Source of the DNA: Pseudomonadota bacterium
GTDB taxonomy: Bacteria; Pseudomonadota; Gammaproteobacteria; Ga0077536
Assembly: GCA_036158955.1 (NCBI GenBank)
Contig: JAYYFI010000015.1
Location: forward strand, 59,849 to 123,848
DNA length: 64,000 nucleotides
Direction: 5' to 3'
Both the position numbers and the translations under genes were made by a program. The notes under the pieces were generated by a model, which was not told the origin of the DNA, searched no databases, and worked only from the letters and a program-made list of their open reading frames with translations. Position 1 is the first letter of the stretch. The number at the start of each line of letters is the position of its first letter. Below, one piece after another: positions 27,526-35,783 of this stretch.

Positions 27526-28232
27526 TCTCCTTTTCCTTTTATAAGATCTATTATTTGTGACGTTAATTTATCCTCATTACAATTAGCGATATCTAATTTA
27601 AAAATTTTTGATTGATTCAGCAGATACGCTCGATCACATAAGGTAACAACATCATGTATTGAATGCGTTGATAAAAATATGCCCGCTTTTTTGGATGCGC
27701 TAACTACTATATCTTTTATTTCTTTACTCTGAATGGGATCTAGGCCACTGAAAGGCTCATCTAGAAGTACTAAGCCAGGTGCACCAAGAAAAGCCTGAGC
27801 TAAACCAACTCTTTGCTTTGTGCCCTTTGATAAGTAGCCAAGTTTTCGAGCTCTGATCTCAGCCAAATCAAATTGGGTTATGACTCTTTCTATTTCTTCG
27901 GAACCGCAACTATCGGGTATTTTTTTTATTTTTGATATTAACCTTAAATAGGGTTCAACTTTGTAAGTTTCAAATAACGGACTTAATTCCGGCATATATC
28001 CGAGTCGCGAACTATTTTTTTGATTTTTAGTCTGCTGGTAGCGTTTGATAACTCCTTCATCTGGCTTCAAAGTACCTAATGCCAATCTCATCATTGTAGT
28101 CTTACCAACGCCATTTGGTCCAACTAAGCCAACTATTTCATTTTTTGATACAGAAAGACTGACCTGATGAAGTACCTGATTTTTTTGAAAAAACTTACTT
28201 ACATTCGAAATGTCAAGAAGAGGCAGCGTCAT
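27522..28232 (-). CDS. ABC transporter ATP-binding protein (GldA-like)
   Basis: 236 aa. Walker A GPNGVGKTT, signature LSKGTKQRV, Walker B LVLLDEP. Confidence 0.9.
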   Translation of the reverse strand: MTLPLLDISNVSKFFQKNQVLHQVSLSVSKNEIVGLVGPNGVGKTTMMRLALGTLKPDEGVIKRYQQTKNQKNSSRLGYMPELSPLFETYKVEPYLRLISKIKKIPDSCGSEEIERVITQFDLAEIRARKLGYLSKGTKQRVGLAQAFLGAPGLVLLDEPFSGLDPIQSKEIKDIVVSASKKAGIFLSTHSIHDVVTLCDRAYLLNQSKIFKLDIANCNEDKLTSQIIDLIKGKGE

Positions 28233-28279
28233 GGTAAGGGTTTTTGACGAACAATTTTTTAGCTTTTTTGTCTAACTTG

Positions 28280-29152
28280 CTAATCATAGGCAGCATCATG
28301 TTTGTGCTGATTATATTGGTCAATACCATGGGAGTACCAAATTTCACCCTGGTGAGAATCACGCAACATTTTCAACCGATCAATAGATTTCATTGACTCA
28401 TATGTATTCCATGTAATGCCCGGTATTACCCCAGCCTCGTTGTCGGGAGTATAAACAGCATCTCCAGCCAGAAACAATGTTCCCGTATTCTTCAGCTTAA
28501 CCATAAGAGATTGATGCCCCTGAGTATGACCTATAGTTTCAATGATTTTGATTTTACCGTCATTAAAAAGATCAAAATCTCCCTCGATCTCCAGGAAATT
28601 AAAATTTCTAGTACCATCAAAATCTTTTAGCACAAAAGCGGCTCGTTGAAATTTCTCAGGCCACCAAGCAGCTTTTAATTCGGCTTTCTGTAGCACGTGA
28701 ATTGCATCAGGAAACATTTCCATATTTCCCGCATGGTCTAAGTGCATGTGAGAATAAATGACATACTTGACATCAGAAACTTTATAACCAAACTTCTCGA
28801 GCCATTTGTCAATAACTTCATCTCTTCGCTGAATGGGCAAGAAGGCTGAACATAAACCGCTTCCCCAGTAGCTGTCACATTTTCCGTCTGAAACAGCAAC
28901 ATTCATTCCCGTATCGTAAACGACGAGCCCTCTCGGATGGTCAATGATATACATAGCGACTGGAAACTCTAGTATTTTCCCAACGTCTTTCATAGCAGTC
29001 AACCAACCTTTGTCAAACTTGAGAACTCCACTAGACACTTGATAGAGCTTAACATCCTTTGCAATTGCAACTGAGTTGAAATTTATTGTGAAAAATAGTA
29101 GCAAAACTATCACGTAGAATTTACGATTTAAAGACATATTAGAAGCTCCCAA
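28280..29152 (-). CDS. secreted MBL-fold metallo-hydrolase (AHL-lactonase-like)
   Basis: 290 aa with a signal peptide. Metal motif SHMHLDHAGN and a later His in GHTQGH. Confidence 0.8.
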   Translation of the reverse strand: MGASNMSLNRKFYVIVLLLFFTINFNSVAIAKDVKLYQVSSGVLKFDKGWLTAMKDVGKILEFPVAMYIIDHPRGLVVYDTGMNVAVSDGKCDSYWGSGLCSAFLPIQRRDEVIDKWLEKFGYKVSDVKYVIYSHMHLDHAGNMEMFPDAIHVLQKAELKAAWWPEKFQRAAFVLKDFDGTRNFNFLEIEGDFDLFNDGKIKIIETIGHTQGHQSLMVKLKNTGTLFLAGDAVYTPDNEAGVIPGITWNTYESMKSIDRLKMLRDSHQGEIWYSHGIDQYNQHKHDAAYD

Positions 29153-29197
29153 GTTGTTTATGCAGTCTACAATAGAGATTAGTCTGAATTCAAATTT

Positions 29198-30016
29198 TTA
29201 TTCAGTGTCCAGATATCTATCCGAAATCAAATGACCCTTTTCTTTTTTTGACGATAAATATTTAGTGTTGTGTTGATTTTTTCCCGCCATTACCGGGACC
29301 ACAGAGGCAACGTTTTGACCTGACATCTCCAGCTGTCGTTTTTTTTCGGGGTTATTAGAAATTAATTTAATTGACTTACCTCTAAGTAAAAATTTCAAAA
29401 TGACCGCGGCATCCGTAAAATCACGAGAATCGTCCGGCAACCCTAAGCTTCTATTTGCTTGGTATGTATTTTGGCCTTCGTCTTGAAGCAAATAAGTCGC
29501 AGCCTTTGCCCATAAGCCAATACCCCTGCCCTCATGACCACTCATATAGACAATGGCACCACCATCTGACTCAGAGATTTGATCAAAAGCTTTCTCTAGC
29601 TGTGGTCTACAATCACATCTCAAAGAGCCAAAAACATCACCCGTTAAACAGCAGGAATGCACTCGAACTAAAGGAGAGTCTACGCTATCGAACCCGGGGA
29701 AAGCCAACACTGAGTTCACACACATAGAACTTGTTACCAATCGACGAAACTCTTCACTATCACTGGACCCAACCTTCAAACCAGTCTCAACAACATGGGA
29801 TAACTCAGTCCTTCTCACGAAACAATACCAATTTAATTTGATCTCTTTGAGAGTATCATTATCTTTGAATTTTCTTGGCATCGGTACTGGGCCTAGAACA
29901 GAAAGATAAGCTTTATCATCTTCTCTCGGAACCAACTGACCATCAAAATCTACGGTCCTTAGTTTTCCTTCCGCGATAAGCCTTTCCGCAACACTGGGAT
30001 CAACGTAGCTAAACAT
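29198..30016 (-). CDS. GTP cyclohydrolase II family protein with an N-terminal extension
   Basis: 272 aa. Zn/substrate motif RVHSCCLTGDVFGSLRCDCRPQL, plus GHEGRGIGL and NNPEK. It has about 50 extra N-terminal residues relative to RibA. Confidence 0.75.
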   Translation of the reverse strand: MFSYVDPSVAERLIAEGKLRTVDFDGQLVPREDDKAYLSVLGPVPMPRKFKDNDTLKEIKLNWYCFVRRTELSHVVETGLKVGSSDSEEFRRLVTSSMCVNSVLAFPGFDSVDSPLVRVHSCCLTGDVFGSLRCDCRPQLEKAFDQISESDGGAIVYMSGHEGRGIGLWAKAATYLLQDEGQNTYQANRSLGLPDDSRDFTDAAVILKFLLRGKSIKLISNNPEKKRQLEMSGQNVASVVPVMAGKNQHNTKYLSSKKEKGHLISDRYLDTE

Positions 30017-30039
30017 TGTTTAACAAATTCTATTAACTA

Positions 30040-30903
30040 TCAACATAAAATTTTTTCGAGAGCATCTAAATCTGGTCCCGGCTGGCCGTTTGGCTTTAAT
30101 GGTTGAATCACCAATTCATCTGCACCTTTCTCAAAATATTCAGTCAATTTATCTCTAATCTGATTTTTATCTCCTGATATTACCATGCTATCTAAAAATC
30201 GGCTTGAGCCCCCATTTTCAAAATCGCTACTATCGAATCCTAATCTCAACCAATTGTTTCGATAATTCGGAAGCGAAAGATAGAATTCTAGATTAGTTCT
30301 AGCTACTTCTCTCGCTTTATTCTTGTCATTTGTTAAACAAATCTTTTGTTCACAACAAATTAAACCTGATGTACCCATAGATTTTCTTGATAGCTCAATT
30401 TGGTCGGTAGTTATATTGTAAGGGAAAACACCTGTTACTTTGGCTGCGGCCAAAGCGCTCATTTTAGGTCCTAACGCGGCAATAAATATATTTTTTTCAT
30501 CTTTATATTCTAAACTTTCAAAGGTAAGTTTCATATTTTCTATATAATCGCTCATTTCTTTTACTGGTGAGCCATATGTGTGCCCCCTTTGCTCCACAAA
30601 AGGAGCATGAGACACGCCTAGTCCTAATGTGAACCTACCCTTATACATTTTATTAAGACTGACATAACCCATCGCTGAAGCGCTCGCATCACGAGCGTAG
30701 ATATTTGCTATACCACTCGCTATTCCTATCGTGTTAGTACAATTAAGTAAATAACCACCAAGGCAAAAACTTTCATAGGAAAACGCCTCCGGATACCATA
30801 TTCTTGAACACCCGAGTTGCTCTACTCGGCGAGCAAACGTTGCGAGTTCATCACTATTCATGACATCTGTAAAAGTAAATACCGCTATTTTTTCAACGTC
30901 CAC
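30040..30903 (-). CDS. LLM-class (luciferase-like) oxidoreductase
   Basis: 287 aa with a GTG start. The LLM pattern includes GRFTLGLGVSH and a C-terminal ...KGADELVIQP. Confidence 0.75.
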   Translation of the reverse strand: MDVEKIAVFTFTDVMNSDELATFARRVEQLGCSRIWYPEAFSYESFCLGGYLLNCTNTIGIASGIANIYARDASASAMGYVSLNKMYKGRFTLGLGVSHAPFVEQRGHTYGSPVKEMSDYIENMKLTFESLEYKDEKNIFIAALGPKMSALAAAKVTGVFPYNITTDQIELSRKSMGTSGLICCEQKICLTNDKNKAREVARTNLEFYLSLPNYRNNWLRLGFDSSDFENGGSSRFLDSMVISGDKNQIRDKLTEYFEKGADELVIQPLKPNGQPGPDLDALEKILC

Positions 30904-30917
30904 AAAAATTCCTCTAG

Positions 30918-30956
30918 CTAAAAATATAGGCCAATTGGTTTATTACCAATTGGCCT
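30918..30956 (-). terminator. intrinsic terminator downstream of the PQQ-ADH gene (bidirectional hairpin)
   Basis: A perfect 11-bp stem, AGGCCAATTGG / CCAATTGGCCT (30928-30938 and 30946-30956), with a 7-nt loop. A U-run follows on both strands (AUAUUUUU on the minus strand). Confidence 0.6.
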
Positions 30957-30961
30957 GTTTT

Positions 30962-32674
30962 TTATTTAGGTAAACCAAAAACCATAAGTGCATTACCCCT
31001 AGTTACCATTGGTGGCTCCCCTACTATTTCTACAGCAAGGCCGCCGCCGCCGCTAGTTATGGCCACGTATTGTTTACCGCTCTGTTCCCAGGTGATGGGC
31101 TGGCCTCTGGCGGAGGTCCCCATTTGAAACTTCCATAGCAAGTCTCCATTTAGGGCATCAAAACCCATAGCATAGCCCTCTTGATTAGCGGTAAACACAA
31201 CATCCCCATCTGTTGATAGTGCACCAGACACCATTGGATATTTATCTTTGTATTTCCATTTGATGGACTGGGAAACTGGGTCAATTGCCAAGAAATTACC
31301 ATAGTTTTTTCCGGTATCTTTGTCTGTTTCAACCGGACCGCCACCCCAAAAAGGATCACCTGCTTTATACGTATCAACCTGCTTAACCATCCTATTACAA
31401 GCTTCTATACTGGCAACATACATAATTTTTTGGTTAGGATTAAAGGCCCAAGACCAAGCACCATTATGACCACCGATTGCTCCAGGACAACTGTTTCTAG
31501 CTGTTTTAGACTCAGAGGTTGGCACAAAATCATAATCTACTATTGGACGTCCGTTTTCATCTAAGCCCTTCGACCAATTAAGTTGATCCACATATTGAAA
31601 GCCCTTGAGGAAAGAACCATCACTGGCATCAATTACATATACATAACCATTTCGATTAGGTTGCACCAAGACCCTCTTCTTCACACCATCGATTTTCATG
31701 TCAGTAAGAACAACAGGGTTTGTAGCATCAAAATCCCAAACATCGTGAGGAGTAAATTGAAAGTACCACTTCATCTCTCCAGTTTCTGGGTCTAACGCTA
31801 GAAGAGAATTTGAATATAAATTATCTCCCTTTCTTGCATCACCATTCCAGTCTGGGGAAGGATTACCTGTAGGCCAATAAAGCGTGTGCGTTTGCTTGTC
31901 ATATGTACCAACCGCCCAAGTCGGTGAACCACCAGTTTTCCAAGATTCTCCAGCCCATGTTTCTACCCCTTTCTCACCTGCGGAGGGAACGGAGTAAGTC
32001 CTCCAAACTCTTTTTCCCGTAGAAGCTTCATATGCGTCTATAAACCCTCTAGCTCCGAACTCACCGCCAGCTATTCCTGTAATTACCAAATCATCAACAA
32101 TTAGCGGAGCACTCGTCCCCGAATAACCTTTTTGATGATCCTCTAACTGAACTTCCCAAAGAACCTCCCCAGTTTCTCTGTCCATGGCAATTAAATATGC
32201 ATCCAGAGTCGCCATAAATAATTTACCCCCGGCTACTGATACACCCCTATTCGCCGGTCCGCAACATATCCTCAAATCTGTCGGCAAATCTCTCTCATAA
32301 TGCCAAATAGGTTCACCTGTTTCGGCATTTAGGGCCCATAGATTATTGTAAGCCGCGCTCAGATACATGATTCCATCGATAACCAGGGGAGAACCGGATA
32401 ACTGACCTTTGATTCCAGGCTGAAAAATCCACTTAGGAACCAAAGAATCCACATTTCTCCGATTTATTTGCTTAAGGCTACTATGTCTCCAATTTTCATA
32501 AGATCCGCCATACATATACCAGCCATCTGTTTTTGTTGCGCTATTAAGAAGTGTCTCATTTGTAACAGCTGAAATGGAAAGTTTTTCGGTTTTTTCCTCT
32601 GTTTTATCACAGGCAACCAAAAACCCAGCCAGAATCAAAGCTAATGAGACTTTAAAATTTTTCAATTTATCCAT
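30962..32674 (-). CDS. PQQ-dependent alcohol dehydrogenase (quinoprotein, methanol/ethanol family), probable lipoprotein
   Basis: The start is probably ATG 32674 (MDKLKNFKVSLALILAGFLVAC, with a lipobox). Vicinal Cys-Cys (RICCGPANRG), an 8-blade propeller W-motif pattern, and an active-site WDFD. Confidence 0.9.
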   Translation of the reverse strand: MDKLKNFKVSLALILAGFLVACDKTEEKTEKLSISAVTNETLLNSATKTDGWYMYGGSYENWRHSSLKQINRRNVDSLVPKWIFQPGIKGQLSGSPLVIDGIMYLSAAYNNLWALNAETGEPIWHYERDLPTDLRICCGPANRGVSVAGGKLFMATLDAYLIAMDRETGEVLWEVQLEDHQKGYSGTSAPLIVDDLVITGIAGGEFGARGFIDAYEASTGKRVWRTYSVPSAGEKGVETWAGESWKTGGSPTWAVGTYDKQTHTLYWPTGNPSPDWNGDARKGDNLYSNSLLALDPETGEMKWYFQFTPHDVWDFDATNPVVLTDMKIDGVKKRVLVQPNRNGYVYVIDASDGSFLKGFQYVDQLNWSKGLDENGRPIVDYDFVPTSESKTARNSCPGAIGGHNGAWSWAFNPNQKIMYVASIEACNRMVKQVDTYKAGDPFWGGGPVETDKDTGKNYGNFLAIDPVSQSIKWKYKDKYPMVSGALSTDGDVVFTANQEGYAMGFDALNGDLLWKFQMGTSARGQPITWEQSGKQYVAITSGGGGLAVEIVGEPPMVTRGNALMVFGLPK

Positions 32675-32728
32675 TTTCCCTTCCTTTATGTAATCACCCG
32701 TATAATGTAACTTGTTTTTAATCACAAC

Positions 32729-33523
32729 TCACCCCCCAAAATGAGGTTCTCGCTTTTCCTTTAGAGAAGTTAACCCTTCCTTAGCATCGCTCATGGTAAA
32801 ACCAAGCATTTCAAGTGCCGTTGAAACGTCAAAACTTGGACCTGCCATACGGTACCAGTTGTTCAACGCATATTTAGTCCAGCGAATTGCTGGTTGAGAC
32901 GAAACGACTAGTTTATTAGCAATTTCTTGAACCGTGTTGGATAAAACTTCATCTTCAACACATAGAGATACTAACCCTATCCTCTCCGCCTCGGTTCCAT
33001 CAATCGGCTTATTCAGTAACAAATGGTATTTCGCTTTTGCCATACCGCATAGAAGCGGCCAATTGATGACTGCAGCGTCACCAGCTGCGACTCCCAGTCT
33101 GATATGACCGTCCAAAATTTTAGCAGATCTTCCTGCAACAGAAATATCTGCTAATAATGCTGCAACTAGCCCAGCCCCGACCGCGGGTCCGTTTATCGCT
33201 GAAACTAAAGGCTTTGAGCAATTTATTATATTGTAGACTAAATCTTTAGCTTCTTTCCATGCTTGGCTTCGAATTTTATCGCTCTGTATGATGTCCTCAA
33301 TCATTTGAAAATCCCCTCCAGCTGAAAAAGCTTTACCTTTTCCCGACAAAATAACGACTTTCACATCATCGTCCCTATCTATAGTCTGCCAAATATAAGT
33401 CAATTCATTATGAGCGTTTAAATTAAGCGAATTATAGGATTCAACATTATCAAAAATTATTTGCAGTATTCCATTAGCATCGAGCTTGACACTCAAGTTT
33501 TCGTAATTTTCGTATTTATTCAT
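32729..33523 (-). CDS. enoyl-CoA hydratase/isomerase (crotonase) family protein
   Basis: 264 aa. Motifs GKGKAFSAGGDF and AINGPAVGAG. Confidence 0.85.
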   Translation of the reverse strand: MNKYENYENLSVKLDANGILQIIFDNVESYNSLNLNAHNELTYIWQTIDRDDDVKVVILSGKGKAFSAGGDFQMIEDIIQSDKIRSQAWKEAKDLVYNIINCSKPLVSAINGPAVGAGLVAALLADISVAGRSAKILDGHIRLGVAAGDAAVINWPLLCGMAKAKYHLLLNKPIDGTEAERIGLVSLCVEDEVLSNTVQEIANKLVVSSQPAIRWTKYALNNWYRMAGPSFDVSTALEMLGFTMSDAKEGLTSLKEKREPHFGG

Positions 33524-33594
33524 AATTTGTGTCTCTCACTGATTTTATTTGGTAAAAACAACGTTTATACTCAATATTAAATATTACAGTATTT

Positions 33595-34404
33595 ATGAGC
33601 ATATTATCGATGGAATTAATAGAAGAAAAAAAAGGACCAATAACTACACTGATTTTCAATCGACCAGAAATTAGAAATGCACTTACCAAAAACATGAAAG
33701 ATTCTCTAAGTAAAGTCTTACATAGGGTCGCTCAAGATGATACTGTGAAAGTAGTTGTCCTCACTGGGAAAGGTCAACATTTTATGGCAGGTGGCGACTT
33801 AAACACTATGCAAGAAACTCTTAATCTGCCAAAAGAAGAAATAAAAGATTACTTTCTTAAGAGAATATACGACTTAAATCCTATTATTACTTGCCTGCAA
33901 CAAATGCCTAAACCCGTAATTGCGAGCGTCTCGGGCGCAGCTGCTGGGGCTGGAGTTAGTATGGCGCTAGCGTGCGATCTAATAATAGCTGAACCTTCCT
34001 CTTACTTCATGTTGGGTTACTGTAATATCGGAACTACTCCAGACGGAGGTGCAACCTACAATTTAACTCAATGTGTTGGAATAAAAAAAGCCATGGAATT
34101 AAGTCTGCTGGGAGACAAAATAGAAGCATCAGACGCACAAAAAATTGGCATAGTCAATTATGTGACAAAAGAAGGTGAGCTCGGATCCGAAACAGATGCT
34201 CTTACATCCAGATTAGCAAATGGACCCACGCGTGTTTATGCCAGAACAAAAAGATTATTGTATAGTTCGTTAAAAAACGAACTCCAAAGCCAATTGCAAA
34301 ACGAAGCTACAAGTTTTTCAGAATGCGCAGTCGAGCCTGATTTCAGAGAAGGGGTAAAAGCATTCTTTAACAAAAAAACTCCTAAGTTTTTGGGCTCTCT
34401 ATAA
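33595..34404 (+). CDS. enoyl-CoA hydratase/isomerase (crotonase) family protein
   Basis: 269 aa. Motifs GKGQHFMAGGDL and SVSGAAAGAG. Confidence 0.85.
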   Translation: MSILSMELIEEKKGPITTLIFNRPEIRNALTKNMKDSLSKVLHRVAQDDTVKVVVLTGKGQHFMAGGDLNTMQETLNLPKEEIKDYFLKRIYDLNPIITCLQQMPKPVIASVSGAAAGAGVSMALACDLIIAEPSSYFMLGYCNIGTTPDGGATYNLTQCVGIKKAMELSLLGDKIEASDAQKIGIVNYVTKEGELGSETDALTSRLANGPTRVYARTKRLLYSSLKNELQSQLQNEATSFSECAVEPDFREGVKAFFNKKTPKFLGSL

Positions 34405-34433
34405 AAGAATATTTACGAAAAAGCTGTAGATTT

Positions 34434-35783
34434 ATGAAAATAAAACAACTTTTTATAATTACAATAACTTTCATTGGTACTTCGGTTATCCAAACAACAA
34501 GCTCCCAAGAAATTAACCCGATAGAGCAAGCTCAACAGTTAATTGATCAAGGCAATCCCGAAAAAGCAATTACAATATTAAGAAAGTTACAACCGAAATT
34601 TGAGGGTATACCGGCATTCGACTATGTTTTCGGTCTTGCATGCGTAGATACCGGGAGAAATGCTGAAGCAATATTTGCTCTGGAAAGAGTAATTGATACT
34701 ATCCCTGATCACGGACCTGCAAGAGCCGAATTAGCCAAGGCCTACTTAGCTTTAGGAGAAACCGATGACGCTAAAAAACAGTTCGAAAAGGTAAAAGAAC
34801 TTCCTGATATTCCTCCCGAGGCCCAGCAAACAATAGAAAGATATCTAAGTACTATAGAGTTATTTCACGATCGAACCCGTCTTACATTTCGACCCTGGCT
34901 AAAGTTTGGTTTGGGAATTGATACGAATATCAATGGAGCAACAAGCGAGAAAACTTTATTCATCCCAGCCTTACCGAATATCCCATTTTCGTTAAGCGGT
35001 ACAGAAAACAGTTCAATTCTAAATCTTGGTGCTGGTCTGAGTATTTCTAAACCCTTGAGCAAAGAAAATGGCACGAGTCTTTTTGGCAGCTTCGAACTCA
35101 ATGACCGGGTCACGTTAGAACATAACGAGTTCAGAGGCACCTCAATTTCTGGAAGAGCAGGTGGCAGGATTCAAAAACAAAAGTACAACTTCTCAATAGC
35201 TGCGGATACCAATGCTTTTAAAATTGAAGGGAGCGGTGCAACATCTGGCGATAGAATCTCTGCTGGGATTACCAGTGAGTTTCAATATAACTTATCAGAA
35301 AACGATCAAATTAGTACATTTTTCCAAACCAGTTTAATTAGATATCCTGAACAAAGCATTCGTGATGTGGACAGGTATATGACTGGAATCACATACGGTC
35401 ACCTGTTTTCAAATCTCAAATTCACCCCCGTATTTATCTCAAGTATTTTCGGTGGACTAGAAAATGAAAGAGCAAATGCAGGAGCGGACCACTTTGGACG
35501 CAATATGTTCGGTTCAAAATTAGGTTTAGGAATTCAACTTAGTAAGAAGCAGACCATATCAGCTGGCTTAACCTACCAGCGTAGTCTTTATGGCTCAATG
35601 GATCCCACATTTTTAGTTCATAGGCGGGATAGTTTCTTTGATTTTAATGTTGCTTATCGATTGCAAGTCAACAAAAATCTCAGCATTACACCAACCGCTG
35701 TGTATAATAACAATTCATCAAATATCCTATTAAATGATTTTGATAGATTTGAATTTATGGTAACGGCGAGGCTTGATATATGA
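34434..35783 (+). CDS. outer-membrane protein with an N-terminal TPR region and C-terminal beta-barrel; Slam (DUF560, type XI secretion)-like
   Basis: 449 aa with a signal peptide. Residues ~25-140 are TPR-like helices. The remainder shows an alternating beta-strand pattern ending ...AVYNNNSSNILLNDFDRFEFMVTARLDI. An ATGA overlap links it to the next gene. Confidence 0.5.
   Translation: MKIKQLFIITITFIGTSVIQTTSSQEINPIEQAQQLIDQGNPEKAITILRKLQPKFEGIPAFDYVFGLACVDTGRNAEAIFALERVIDTIPDHGPARAELAKAYLALGETDDAKKQFEKVKELPDIPPEAQQTIERYLSTIELFHDRTRLTFRPWLKFGLGIDTNINGATSEKTLFIPALPNIPFSLSGTENSSILNLGAGLSISKPLSKENGTSLFGSFELNDRVTLEHNEFRGTSISGRAGGRIQKQKYNFSIAADTNAFKIEGSGATSGDRISAGITSEFQYNLSENDQISTFFQTSLIRYPEQSIRDVDRYMTGITYGHLFSNLKFTPVFISSIFGGLENERANAGADHFGRNMFGSKLGLGIQLSKKQTISAGLTYQRSLYGSMDPTFLVHRRDSFFDFNVAYRLQVNKNLSITPTAVYNNNSSNILLNDFDRFEFMVTARLDI

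Noticed and set aside
30017-30039. FMN riboswitch upstream of the GTP cyclohydrolase II gene
   Set aside because: Only 23 nt separate it from the upstream LLM gene, too short for the ~140-nt aptamer.
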